Below are positions 11,711-24,104 of a stretch of 64,000 nt of DNA, piece by piece; the first letter of the stretch is position 1, and every line of letters begins with the position of its first letter. The stretch lies in the NCBI GenBank assembly GCA_001949185.1, contig BDGG01000003.1, forward strand, positions 2,521,950-2,585,949, in the 5' to 3' direction. The translations under genes were made by a program, and so were the position numbers. Below the pieces are notes generated by a model that had not been told where the DNA came from, did no database searches, and saw nothing but the letters and a program-made list of their open reading frames with translations. This DNA is from Ramazzottius varieornatus. Taxonomy: Eukaryota > Animalia > Tardigrada.

Positions 11711-12327
11711 TAGTGCTGGCAACGATACGGTATACCGATATCGTATCGAAATATATCGAATCTTTACGATAAAATATGCGCCAGATATCGTATCGAAAAT
11801 ATGGATATGAAGCTCGTATCGAAAAACGCAATAAAATATTCGGCGATATCGTATCGCGCTATATCGATATATTTTCGATATATCGGTATTTTGCTGAATG
11901 GCAAACTCGCCAGTGATATCTCGTTTACGGAAGACCATGGTTGATTTCGAAGACTTGATTTTGGCCATGGTGTACCGAGCACACTCCGCCCATTCGGTTC
12001 TGGTACTAATTCTGTCCAGGTTTCCAAGTGTTTGAAGTCTTGGTATAATCGTGTCTTTGCTGCATCCGACGCTCTCGATCTCACTAATACTCTATGTCGA
12101 AATCGGTTTCTTGAATTTTTGGGCTTGGACCAGCGAAATTCCGAAAAACTGAAATTCCAGAAATATCGATATGTCGCTGCGATATACGATATATCGAAAG
12201 TACAGTATCGGAAAAATATCGTATCGAAATATCGATATCGAATGAATATCGAAGACCGCAATAAAATATCCGCCGATATTGTATCGAAAATATCGTATCG
12301 AACTTTGTCGTATTTTTGCCAGTGCTA
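11711..12327 (-). mobile_element. hAT-type MITE, copy 2 (complete, 617 bp)
   Basis: Imperfect TIRs tagtgctggcaa ... ttgccagtgcta; flanks gttcttgg / gttctagc (6/8, possible decayed 8-bp TSD); internal cgatat repeats. Confidence 0.85.
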
Positions 12328-12626
12328 GTTCTAGCAGAGACATCTCTCTGGTTCTAGCAGTCAGTCGTGCGTATCTGCCACATAACGATTATCTTTTGTT
12401 GCAACTCGCATCGCTTGCGAGTTCCGCAAGTCTCAGAATCTTCCTTGTTCAGGTTCAGTCACGAATGTTGAAGGCGCGAGCCGGAAAGGAACTGAATCAG
12501 CGACCACATGGGATGTCGTTGGGAGGAAAGTAATTTGGACACACTGTACTTTGATGCTGTCGCGTTCACTGATCCACATCACACTATTTTTCTCTTCAGC
12601 GGGGAGATTAAACTTTAGTGTTTGAG

Positions 12627-14056
12627 ATGTCCACGGGTGAGGTGGTCAAGCAATGGGTACAAAATCTTTTCGACAGGAAGGAGACTCCAACCTTTAAAGT
12701 TCTCCTCATCGGGGACTGTAAGTGCGGGGATTTTGTCACTGTCGTTCCCGTTTCCACTCGTACACTGTATTGAACGCATTTTTCCTCTTGGTAGGTGTCG
12801 GAAAATCCAGCCTGGTGTTACGTTTTTGCGCGGATGAATTCTTCGATGAGTCGTCCATGCGTAAGCGAAACTTGAATATTTCAAGACGCTTCTCGGAATT
12901 ATCGAAATACCATTGTCTTCTGGCGTCAGAGGACGACCGTACGAGAAGCTTGTTTTCTCGTTCTTGTTCCTTTGTCGGATGACGCCATACGCCGCTTGAT
13001 AATTATATCGATAATCAAGTTGCAGCTAGACTATTTCTCTTTTGTATCGTGACTACCGTCTGGGTATCCTCACATCCGGATATTTTTGTTTTTCTAGAAT
13101 TCATACCAATGACAATTGGACTGGACGTTAAAGCCAAGACAATTGGTAAGAACTGGAAAGCGAATTTTGACAGCTCTCGACCCTTTTCGTGTGCGCTGTT
13201 GGGTGGTCGTGACTTGTGATGTCTTGTTGCTGTCAAAGCTCGACTTGCCAGTCTTTGTTATTTGCTCTTCTCATGGCCATATTGGTAGGTAATCTAACAA
13301 ACAAATGTTTGTGTTGTAGAAATCGAAACTGCTGAAGGTGTGGAACAAGGTAAATTCCTGGCGGACTAATCATGTCTCTCGTCGGCACTTCGCATCAGCT
13401 GGATGCTGTGAGTCGTCAACTAACTTAGTCGAACCACCGGTTTTTGTAGTACATCTCCACCTCTGGGATACCGCTGGACAGGATCGGTTTCGGCGGATGA
13501 ACGAGCAGTATTTACCCACAGCAGACGCTGTGGTACTTTTGTATGATGTACGGAATCCTCAAACGTTGAAGGACAGCAAGTCCTTTATGGACGACGTCCG
13601 GAAATTTTCTGATGAGCAGGGTATTATAAAAATTCTCGGTAGGTCAAGTTTGCTCTCTAATGGGTTGGTGTCACATCGTGACTGTTTACCTTCGCAGTTG
13701 GGAATAAAAACGATTTGGACCAGTCGCGGAAACTAGTCTCGTCCGAGACTGGAGCAGAGTTCGCTACAGGTTTGTCCTATTAATGTTTGCATTGCCGAAG
13801 TTTTTTACCCACTCCGGCTCTTACTTTGTTTGTAGCAAATGGTTATGAGTTTGTTGAGACTAGTGCGAAAGACAACCTGAATGTCGACAAGGTAAGCCTG
13901 AATATCTGTACGTTTGTTGTCTGCTTCTCGTCTTTGATCCATATGCGGATATGCCGGAGATAAGTTAAAATTCATCGCGGTCTGTTTTTGTAGGTGTTTG
14001 GGATGGTCGGCGAACTTTGTTTGAAGAGATTACGGCGAAATACCGCCATACAGTAG
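12627..14056 (+). CDS. Atypical Rab-family small GTPase, 8 exons, possibly a pseudogene
   Basis: Exons give FKVLLIGD / VGKSSLVLRF / PMTIGLDVKAKTI / LHLWDTAGQDRFRRMNEQY..AVVLLYDV / VGNKND / VETSAKDNLNVDK / VFGMVGELCLKRLRRNTAIQ*, all with GT-AG borders. The P-loop is one residue short as spliced, and there is no terminal prenylation motif. Confidence 0.8.
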
Positions 14057-14511
14057 AGCGCCTTGTTTTGTAGTCGGTGATAGTTTGACTTCCCGAAGTT
14101 CCCCTTGAAAGTGATACTTTTGTACCACCTTTTGCTTTTCCCGTCCCGGACTTGAAACTTGAGAGTTCACTCTGTGATGTGTGCACACTGTGGTGTAAAA
14201 TACTATACAATAATTATTTCCATTCGCTTGTGCCGGTATTCCCCGGTAATACTTCGCTAAGATTTTTGGCTCTTGACACACTATAGAAATTTAAATCGGG
14301 AGAATGCGTAAGAATCGGTGATGAGAATGTTCAGTTCAGCTTCGACTTGCCTTGGCCCAGAGTCTCTGAACATTGACAGGTTATTGTTGACGACATTACA
14401 TATGACAAGTATAACATGTATCATGATATGACAGCCTAGCGAAAAGATTGATTGATTGATTGATTTGGTTTACTGATACCAAAAAATACCATCAGATGGT
14501 CAATCAGACAA

Positions 14512-14896
14512 TTGAGTCCTGCAGCAGTAGCTGAAACCAGTGCTGCTTCTGCACTGCATCCGGTCTCCAGAAACTGCAACTGCACCGCACTGCATTTAGA
14601 AATTAAGAGTTTCTGCCCACCAACGGAAATGCATGTCAAAAACAACGTAAACGTCGTTGTTTTACGGAGATCCAACCGAAAAACGGTAGAATCCGGCCAG
14701 AAAAGGCAGAAAAAGCCGATTTTACTACTGTTTTTTGGCCAACAACCGCATACTGCGACGAACGGTGCTCACCTTTTTCAAAACTGCAACTGCATTTTCT
14801 CACCATTTCGGCGACTGCAACTGCACGCATTGCAGTAAAATGCAGTGCAGTAAAATGCAGTGCAGTACAGAACGTACTGCATGTTGCAGGGCTCTA
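14512..14896. mobile_element. hAT-type MITE (385 bp) with 8-bp TSD
   Basis: Ends ttgagtcctgcagca ... tgttgcagggctcta (imperfect TIR); flanks tcagacaa / ccagacaa (7/8); internal actgca/tgcagt repeats. Confidence 0.8.
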
Positions 14897-15313
14897 CCAG
14901 ACAAGTGCGGCGAGAATTTTGTGGGTCGTCCGATGGACACTCTTGGTCTTATCTAGGACGCGATGAGGAGGAATGTCTCTTCGGTCTGTTTTGCCGTCCT
15001 TCGAGAAGCACGAAGCCTGTTAAGCCGACGAGGCATCGAGGGCCAGGCAGCCCAGGCTTCGTACGGCCACCCGAATTACCATTCCAGATATCGAGTATTT
15101 TCCGAGAGTGCAGTTGCCTCCCGGAACAGGGTTTCTTTCCGAGAACCACATCGTACATCGGTAAAGACGAGCAGGTAAGATTTTTTATCTGTATTGTTTC
15201 AGATGTCTGTAGAGATGTGGAAGCATCTGTAGTTGTGATAGAGTCACAACACGTTGATGACGTCATGCGCGAACACTGGGAGATTGCATCGTCCGATCAT
15301 ACTATCCAACTAT

Positions 15314-16986
15314 ATGTACAAAACTTGGCTCTTGGCTATTTTTCGCAGGACGGTTGTGACCACATTTCACTCCCCAGTAGGCGTCAAAAGCATGGGAAAC
15401 TTTGAGAAGGTGGGAGCTATCCTCGATGGAAAGCTGATCGCTGGGTAAGCGGGTATTCTGTTATTTGGGTTTCTGCCCTTTCTGCAGTACTGTTCGTCGA
15501 AAGTTTGCCTGTTTGGTGCGCCGTATTTCCGTTCTCTTTCCTCCACATAGCTTCTTATATACATGGGTAAAAGTGATATTTTTCTGCAGACAGTTATTGA
15601 AGACGATGGCAGAAGATACGGCGCGACTGAAAGAGACAACCGGCGTCGTACCGGGCCTGGCCATTGTCCAAGTACTTCGTTTAGTTCTTCGGCCTGTACA
15701 ACAAATTCCAGTTCTCATAAATTAATCTGATTGTTCGTTTCAGGTGGGCGAACGATCTGATTCAAGTGTTTACATTCGAATGAAAACCAAAACGGCAGCT
15801 GAAGTTGGTATTGCGGCCCGACACGTCAAGCTGTCCTCTGACATTACCGAAGATGATGTAAGCTTTTTTCTCCCAGAATTTCCAGCTCAAACTCCAACAC
15901 ACTCAATTTGTGTGTGCAGCTTCTTGACAAGATCGAAGAACTGAACCGTGACTCAAACGTACATGGCATCATCGTCCAACTCCCGCTTGACTGTGGGAAT
16001 CGTATCGACGTATCGAAAGCCACCGATACTATTCTACTACCAAAGATGTCGACGGGTGAAATCCCTCATTTCTTGCTTTCCTTCGTTTCCAATCTGTGTG
16101 TCAATTTGAATCTTCGTCCGTAGGTTGCACACTATGAATTCAGGCTATTTGGCTCGTGGGGAACTTAAAAAGGGAACCGTACCCTGCACTCCTCGAGGAT
16201 GCTTACACCTCATACGACAATCAGGTATCATCCAATTAGTTAATCCTTAGAATTATTAGTACAGACTACTTTCTGGACAATCTTTGAGTTCTACTGGGTG
16301 CTCAACCTGCCTTTTCGTAGGGAGAAAGGTTGAGGGTTCGAGGGCGGTCGTGCTTGGAAGGAGCAAGATCGTCGGAGGAGCCATGGCCGAGCTCCTCTTG
16401 TGGCACAACGCTACGGTAACTGTCTGCCATTCTAAGACCGTAATCGTACAGGACATCGTCAGAGAAGCCGACATCCTTGTCGTCGGAATTGGAAGTCCGA
16501 ACCACGTTGAAGCGGACTGGATCAAACCGAGGGCAGTCGTCATTGACTGTGGGATCAACGTTATCCTTGGTAAGCTCTAGCGCTAGCTCGAAATTAGAAG
16601 CTCGGTGGCCGAAATTGACTTTTGTAATCTCGGATGATCCTGGTTTCCTAGATTCGAGCCGAAGGAGCGGTCAGAGGATTGTCGGGGATGTGGACTTCGA
16701 GGGTGCCAAGAAAGTGGCGTCTTACATCACACCTGTTCCAGGTGGAGTCGGTGAGTGCGTTGCTTCAGTTCCTTTAGTAGGCTTCGATGCTCGATATATC
16801 GATGGGAGCAACCTCTACAGTATTAGTTGATCACATGCGATAAGATTGAGCTCGAAGAAATTTCCGTTTGATCATTTTTTGACGCAGCACCTGATTGCTT
16901 TTTTTCGCTCTGCAGGTCCGATGACGGTGGCTATGCTTCTCAAGAATACCTTGGAAGGCGCCATGTCAACGGCCAAGCCTTTGTGA
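15314..16986 (+). pseudogene. MTHFD1-type methylenetetrahydrofolate dehydrogenase/cyclohydrolase domain only, 8 exons, one frameshift (pseudogene or base error)
   Basis: [112 protein letters not shown] is out of frame by 1 nt at ~16037-16042. Stop at 16984-16986, before any formyl-THF synthetase domain. Alternative in-frame starts at 15314 and 15392. Confidence 0.85.
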
Positions 16987-17441
16987 TAAGGACCGAGAAG
17001 CTTCCCCGCAGGCGATCGCTCGATCCGCTTTGATGTCTTAATTGTTACTACGAATGATCGGATCATCCACGAACTTGGGTGGAATGTTTTCTCAAGTGTC
17101 ACGGTAGCTTGTTGAACGGATTCCTCAATGGTCAGCTGCTTGCATCTTTTTTAGCTCTTGAAACAATTATTTGAGTAGTTTCCGTTTCCGGCGGTATTCG
17201 CCGAAGGGTTGAACAAACAGTTCGTTGTCTCTGTTTGGTGATGCTAACGAGTAGTTGGCTCATAGTTGGGTCTTGAGGCTACAGTAGTGTGATGTTCTTA
17301 AGATAACAATATCGCATATACAAGATGGTGAAAGCAGGTTGGTTCAATGGGTCTCCAGAAAAGAAACGTGGTAATGAGCTATCGAGTTGAATGCTTAGTC
17401 TGTTGACGATACTCAAAATGGGTAAGGGGACTAATGATGGT

Positions 17442-20400
17442 TCATGGCTTTGAGATCTTTTTGATGCCTGAGGAATAGGGCACGGGATGCGTAGCAGGAA
17501 CACTTGCTTCTTCCGCCGCAACGAACAAAGCATTCTTTTTCACCGTGGATGAATGGTCCGCAGTCTCAGAACTGCGGTTTGCGATGGCGGCCCCAGTCTG
17601 CATATCTTTGGGGCCAAAAGTCGGATGAACCTTACCGCCACCGGAAGTAGGCGGAACGATTCTCCCGCAGGTGATCAACGAGACAAACGCTGACCGCATC
17701 TGTCGAAGGTAATAACAATTATTGGGGATGCTCTGTTACAGTATAAAACTGCGTACTTTACCTGAGTGTTGAAAAGGACATAGATGATTGGGTTGTAGAT
17801 CAACGAGCTCTTGCAAAAGATGGGTGCTACGCTGGCAGCCGTGGCGGAAACAAGGTGCTGTCCTCCCGCCATGATCATCATACACACTACCGCATAAGGT
17901 AGCCTGCAAGGGCAAGATCTTGAGAGGAATAAATTTTAGCTAGGTGAAAAAAACACGAACCATGCGACGAGGAAGGCGACGACCATTAGGACCACCATCC
18001 ATGTCAGGCGGGACTGGCCTTTCGCTACTTTGTGACCAGCTCCGTGTTGGATGCGCTGCAAACATGCAGCTACGTTACATCATATAAATCTCTGCTCGCA
18101 TGCAGTGGATTGTGAACATAATAAACCAAGAGAGGTCACTTACATTCCTGAGAAAGTTCAGCAGCTTGCCGTAACACGTTAGAATGGTGAGAACCGGGAA
18201 GATGAATGCCAGAAATAGCAGGTAGATCTCGTATGAAAAGTCCAGCGGCGCTCGGGATTCCCAGTAGGGTGCGCAAGCCACGCCTGGGCTCTCCAGCTGA
18301 AAGCTAAAGAAGCAAATTATTTCATAAATAATAATAGTATTTTAGAACAACAAATTAGCGAAATAATTTCAACATATTTAACTTAAAAATGCAGATAAAT
18401 GTAATGAACGTTCTACGTACCTGCTCCATCCAACCACAGGAGGAAAAGTCGCAATGAACGCATACGCCCACACTGCGGGAGGAAAAACTAATCTCACTAG
18501 TTGTCCAAAGAAAGTATGTTTGTAAACAACTTGTGCTCATGGCTACCAGACTCACTCTGTGGCTCCAGCTGGGACTTTCACTGGGCTGCCCATTCCATGA
18601 CACGGAATGATGTGTAGCTCACTCACGTAGAAGATTCACACGCATCAGTGGCTTACTGCCTTCCGCGAAAGTCCCAGCTGTCAAAATGGCGGATCGGCTA
18701 AAGTGCTCTACATTACGATGACGGAAGTACTTTGACGAACCGGCAATAATGGCGATGAGTGTGATCCGGTTAGTAACGGTAAATCTTCCTGGATAGGCAA
18801 TCAGCATGTAGCGCTCGACTGAAATCACGGCTAACGTCGTTATGGATGCGACACCTGAAAGGACAGAAAGAACTACGCCCAACCGTTCTTCCACATTTGC
18901 ACCTCTCGTCAAAACTGCATAGTGTCGTAATCCTGTTCAAGTGTACGAGAGCTCTGCAAACCGACTCAACATGCTCCCAACTGGCGCACGTTCCCAGCCG
19001 ATAACAGAGAAAAGTGCACCACTGGAGATAACGATCATAATCACCAAGATTTTTTACCGGCCTTGGGCTTGTTACGTACACATATTTATAAATCGGTACA
19101 ATTCCTTCCTCGAAGAGCGAAAGTACAGAAATACTTGATACCACGGCAGGCTGGCCTATCTGACCTATAACTCTCTAGGAGATCCCGGCCACGAAGTGAG
19201 TATTTTAAAGTCCCGATCAGTTGGTTCGGGCAATCAAGAAGTGCGTCGCTTGACTTACAATCAACTCATGCGTATTCTGATTACCGGAACCAAATGATCG
19301 GGACTTTAAAGTAATTTAATATAGAATTAAAGAACCGAATTAACCACGAGAAACCAAGTTTAACTACAGTGTTTACGGAAAGATAGAGATTTTTCCCGTT
19401 CTTTTAAACAGAGACCAAACCTAAAATTTTCAAAATCCATTTAGTAAAACTGAGCGTTTTGTTAAGAACGTGCCACTTTCGGTAAACAATTTCTTGGTGA
19501 CTCGGTGCATGGTCTGCCACGGCTTTTTCAAAGTGCACGGCCTGGTATACTGCCTTTGACTCCGGGCACTAACTTTGACCACTGCCTGCCGCACACCCAC
19601 GAAACAGCCGTGCGAAAAAGCCAAATACGGAGGTGTTTGAGATTGGCACATCAGAGCAAATTAAGTTCGTTGCACCGCAATGGTGGCATCTGCCAGCCCT
19701 AGACGGACCAACGCAACGGAAGACCCATGGCACTAAGATCTAGCTTTTTGATAGTTTCCTGTGACACCATAAACCGAATAACGTCTGAACAGTAACTGAA
19801 CTAATAAACGCCGTTCCGAAACCCTTCGACCTTTCAGCTACGAAGGTCGTCTCGAGGTCGTGCACGTACTATGTGGTAAAGAGGTCGTGTCAAAGGCCGT
19901 GCACCTGGAATAAGCAGTGGCGGGCCGTGCACGTGGCCTCGACCAACTGCAAACAGTTTTCTTGAACGGCCAGATTCTTTTAAAAATTGTGTTATGTGGT
20001 CATATCATACACCGATAAACGTTCTTGCAAAAGCTCTATCAGGTTTTTTCTCAAAACATTGGCTGACAAAATTATACGGGTCGAAATCCGGACACGGAAC
20101 CAGAAATCAAATTCTACGTTTCACGAGCTGGAAGAGTTCAATCGCGGACCGACTTCGGCCGAACATAGAGCCCACCCTGTCGTATCTGCTGAGTGGCCCA
20201 TCGAGAGCTTACAAGAAGTCCGTGAGGCAGGACAAAGTTAATTCTCGCCACCCCGCTAGAGTCGCGCATTTTGCAGGTCGTTTTTGCACCCGGAAATACG
20301 GAAATTCTTGCTTTTCAAATTCGATAAGTCGCAGTGAGATAATTTATTACCGCTATTATGAAGACTTAACCCTCTTCCTATGAGTAGTATGACTGACTTC

Positions 20401-21964
20401 AAAATCTGCTGAGCCAGGGCGCGGAGGAAATATTCAGTAAAGTAAGAAAAAACTTCCTCTTGCAGTTTTAAACTCAACGTTCTCTGCCTGTTGTCAATGC
20501 ACGGCTAATTGTTCGTGTAGAAAAAAGAAGAGTATGGGTGAAAAACATATGGCATAGGGAAGAAGAGAAAAGGGCATCGGCCAAATGTACAGAAAAATTA
20601 TGAAAACTATTGCCCGAAAAGTTGCTAGTCATACTTCCGCACCTGATACCACAGGAAGCGCCGAAGGTGCCTCCTGACAGAAAATTATCACTTCTAGCTA
20701 TAACCAAACGTGACGCTAATTCCAAGCACCGGCACCAGGCATAGCAACTCAATACCACCAGAAGACCGGTACCCCGAAATACACTAAGGTTTCAAAAGAG
20801 ATGGTTTGTATGGGCGGTAGAGGCAGTGTTGGCGTAACGGACCGGACAAATGTGCCGGGTTTGCTCGCATCCGAACTTCGGCGGACAGGAGAACCCACCG
20901 CCAGACAGCTTCTGATCTCTTGAACGTCTGATAACAAGGGGCTGCCCCCTGTACCCCTACCACATCGCACTTCGGCGGCTTCGCCACATTCGCGCTCTAG
21001 AATTCGCCACATCTGGGCCCTTCAGAGCATCGAAGAACCGTCAGCGCTTCGGTACGTGTTGTTTGGGCGTGGCCAAAGCTTACAATACCATCGTTAAAAT
21101 TTGCCTCATAACTTCGGTTGGTGGAGCAGCGGGCTAGTTTGATTTAGAACTGTTTCTTGACGTTCCGCCAACTTAATTTCATTCCCATTTTTCTGGAAAC
21201 ACACTTTATTAGAAATGATTAACTCGACCCATTTTGACCTACCGTCCGTCTCACCTGTCAATGCCATTGCAAATGCATAAGTTACACACAAGTTCCTGCC
21301 GTAAATCCAATCATGGGCGAAAGCAGCCCCAGCTGTCATCGGCGCTCCTGTGGAGGAGATCAGGATATACGACACTTGATAAATTGCCGGAAGTTAGGAT
21401 AAGTAATCTCAAGTTCGCCAGACTTGACACTTCTCACGTGATTAATGTCAGAAAAAGAAAGGCTTACCGAACGCCGAGATTATCAAGTCACCTAAGAAAA
21501 AATATAATAAAAAAGCGGAGAAAGAGCACGAGGGATGGAATGGGGGCAAATGATTCGATCCAGATCGTTATCCCATGGGCGGACACCTCCAGCCAGTAAC
21601 AACGAAAACGCGCGCCATCCGAGATGACGATCTGGTGTATTTGATTTGCTAATGTCCCAGATGTTAGCTTACTGGCGCTAAGATTCAGCAGCATCCAGTT
21701 GACCGGCGTCCGCAAATGCTGGTTTTTGACGATGATGATGATGACACTAAGATGGGCGAATGTCCCGATGATACATATGAAGGTCAACAGTACACCCGCC
21801 ACAGTGTACCCATAAGATGTGAAGCGTCTTATAGGGGAACCGCGCCCTTCTTCGAACTGGGGACCACTGTCCAGCGTGTTGTTCACCGATGGTAACAGGG
21901 CCGTGGTTATCAACGGCAGCAGCAACGATATCGATATAGACCCGTTTATCGAGCGCGAAGACAT
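17442..21964 (-). CDS. Ciliary-type opsin (c-opsin/pteropsin-like), 8 exons
   Basis: LRTPVNWMLLNLS, GRNLCVTYAF, SITTLAVISVERY, PPVVGWS, QLESPGVACAPYW (E181 counter-ion), AFLVAWLPYA, APIFCKSSLIYNPIIYVLFNTQMR (Schiff-base Lys, NPxxY, NxQ motif of c-opsins); exon phases are compatible throughout. Confidence 0.92.
19204..19310. repeat. Small imperfect palindrome (MITE relic or hairpin) in opsin intron 2
   Basis: tttaaagtcccgatcagttggttcgggcaatca pairs with tgattaccggaaccaaatgatcgggactttaaa. Confidence 0.7.
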
Positions 21965-23967
21965 GGTGAAGAATACGATGTGGAGAGGGAGATGACTAGC
22001 TGCGTCGTTAAAGGTTCCCTGGAAGCTCCGAAGCATGAACTGAAGTCCCATCAACCGCAAATAAGTGGTAGCCCTTTCAGAACGCTGATTCAAAATACAG
22101 GAAGCACCGCCTGCAGGCTGCAGCAGTGGAAGCGTACCGGGACGAGACCACCGGGCCAAATCATGGAATGGCTTGCTCGCTTATCAAGCCTACGGAAAGC
22201 AAAACTTGGCAGGCCGGTACGAATCACTCTCCCGGTCTGCAGTCTCGTCCTCGTATGGGGTAAATGGATTCGTCTATTGGGAGGCTGACAACGGTCAACA
22301 GTGATAGATTATCCATTAAAACGCTTCAATGTCGGGTAGTTCCGGTGCTGATGACCTTGCGATAGAAACCTTCTTCGCACTTCGGAACCTCACAGGTTCC
22401 TGGTCGAGTGGTCCACCCATTGTCTCTATGGGTTTCTCCAGTAAACTTTGCCTATCCATATCGTACCACCAATTACCTGCACATATAGCACGCGGATAAC
22501 GTTGTTATATCTTCACATCAATGCGCGTTATGAGATATCTAACCGTTTCCTGGTTCGGTGCTTGAGCTAGGGGACGAGTGTTACCGCAGCAGGCAGCGGT
22601 AACTTCAGGCTCAACCGAAAGCCTAACTCAATACAATGAGACTTTTGTTCACACGTTGGTCTATTTTCATCCATGGGTGTATATTTCCGGCCACGTGATC
22701 ACTTGATCTCGTTCCTTGTGGGAAACGAGATACATTTGTTCAGGATGTGTTTTGAGTAGGTCTGTTGTTGTTGTTTATTGGTTTTGAGTCTCGATCTATC
22801 CAGACGAAAATTTCCGCTGACGGATTTATTTTCCTGGGAGACAGGGGGCACAAAATAACATTCCTTGTGTGTTCTTAAGCCTTAAATTATCAACAAGTTA
22901 AGCCTTAAATAGATGGAACGTGGGCGAACGCGTTGAACCAGATCGTTATCTCAGCTGGCAGTTTGGCGCACATTTGTATGGTTCTGGTGGGCGCCACTTT
23001 ACAAAACAATTCGGTTCAGTTCACTCCCCACTTCCCAAGTAATTATACTGGATCGGAGCCCATCTACTGTCTGCTGTGGGGAGAAGCCGGTGAAGCAGGA
23101 AAGCCTCGGCAGACAAGAGATTTCCTGCTGCCTCAATGGCCGGATGTTGCGTCGGTATCATTATTGATATTAATTACATAGGAGTACACGAGGTAGACGA
23201 ACGTGAGGATTCAAATTCTAATCCAACTGTGCGTCACCGACAAGACGACAACACGACATCTGGACCGATAATAATGGATGGTTCCAGATCCCATTTAGTC
23301 ATCGATCGAGCCTGCGTGACAAGCAATTGCTTCCAATTCAAAGATTTTCCACAGCGGGCTAACGTTGCTCTAATTGAATATGAAGTATCGAATAATGTAT
23401 CACTTTGAATTCGGGTAGATATAGTAACAAGAGCCATACACGGGTGTAGACAGGTGAATTCGGCCAGATCGTTGTTTCAAATACGCACATTTCCATTTCT
23501 GTTGGCTGAATGGGTGCGCCACTTGGAACACGAATCTGGTTCAGTTCAACTGCCCACGTTCCACACAATGTCATGCTCTGTTTGTCGGGCAATTCGCTGC
23601 ATTCGGTTATTCTCATACTGAAGAGAAATTCACACCAAAGTTTCCTTTCAGTACGTGTTTGCACGTCTCCACCCTTCAGGTTCCGGGTTACCGTCGACGG
23701 GCTCCCAGAAAGATAGGAGACGGTGTGGCATAATGGGCACTACAGTGTGGAAGGTTAGGGAGGGACGCGTTATCGACCGGTACAGATTGATCACACTCGT
23801 TCCGGGATTCCCGGTGATACTGATGCCTATAGTCAGGCGGAACCTCAGGGTTACTTCGGGTGGTTCGCGCCACGTAACCTGACGTTTCACCATACGATCC
23901 CTGAGCTAATGGAGGAGCAACTGCGACTGGTGGTCCCGTCCTGTCGAAATAGAAGGCGTTATCTGTC

Positions 23968-24104
23968 ATGGTGGACACAATCTCGGAAGTTCCCCATGTG
24001 GCCTTCATCACTTGAGATTAACTCATCAATCTCAAACTTATGGTGGACACAATCTCGGAAGTTCTTCATGTGGCCTTCATCACTTGAGATTAACTCATCA
24101 ATCT
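23968..24104. repeat. Tandem duplication, 72-bp period, ~1.9 copies
   Basis: atggtggacacaatctcggaagttc(cc/tt)catgtggccttcatcacttgagattaactcatcaatct at 23968 and 24040. Confidence 0.92.

Noticed and set aside
4670-12327. Galileo/P-type foldback element (long TIRs plus THAP)
   Set aside because: No P-type catalytic domain follows the THAP; downstream motifs are Helitron-like, and one arm is a self-contained MITE with its own TIRs.
19480-19970. Possible old MITE in the opsin intron (gtgcacggcc / ggccgtgcac inverted motifs)
   Set aside because: Too degenerate to define termini or a TSD.
23968-24104. Repeat-spacer-repeat appearance (CRISPR-like)
   Set aside because: Only a simple 72-bp tandem duplication in a eukaryotic context; no cas genes.
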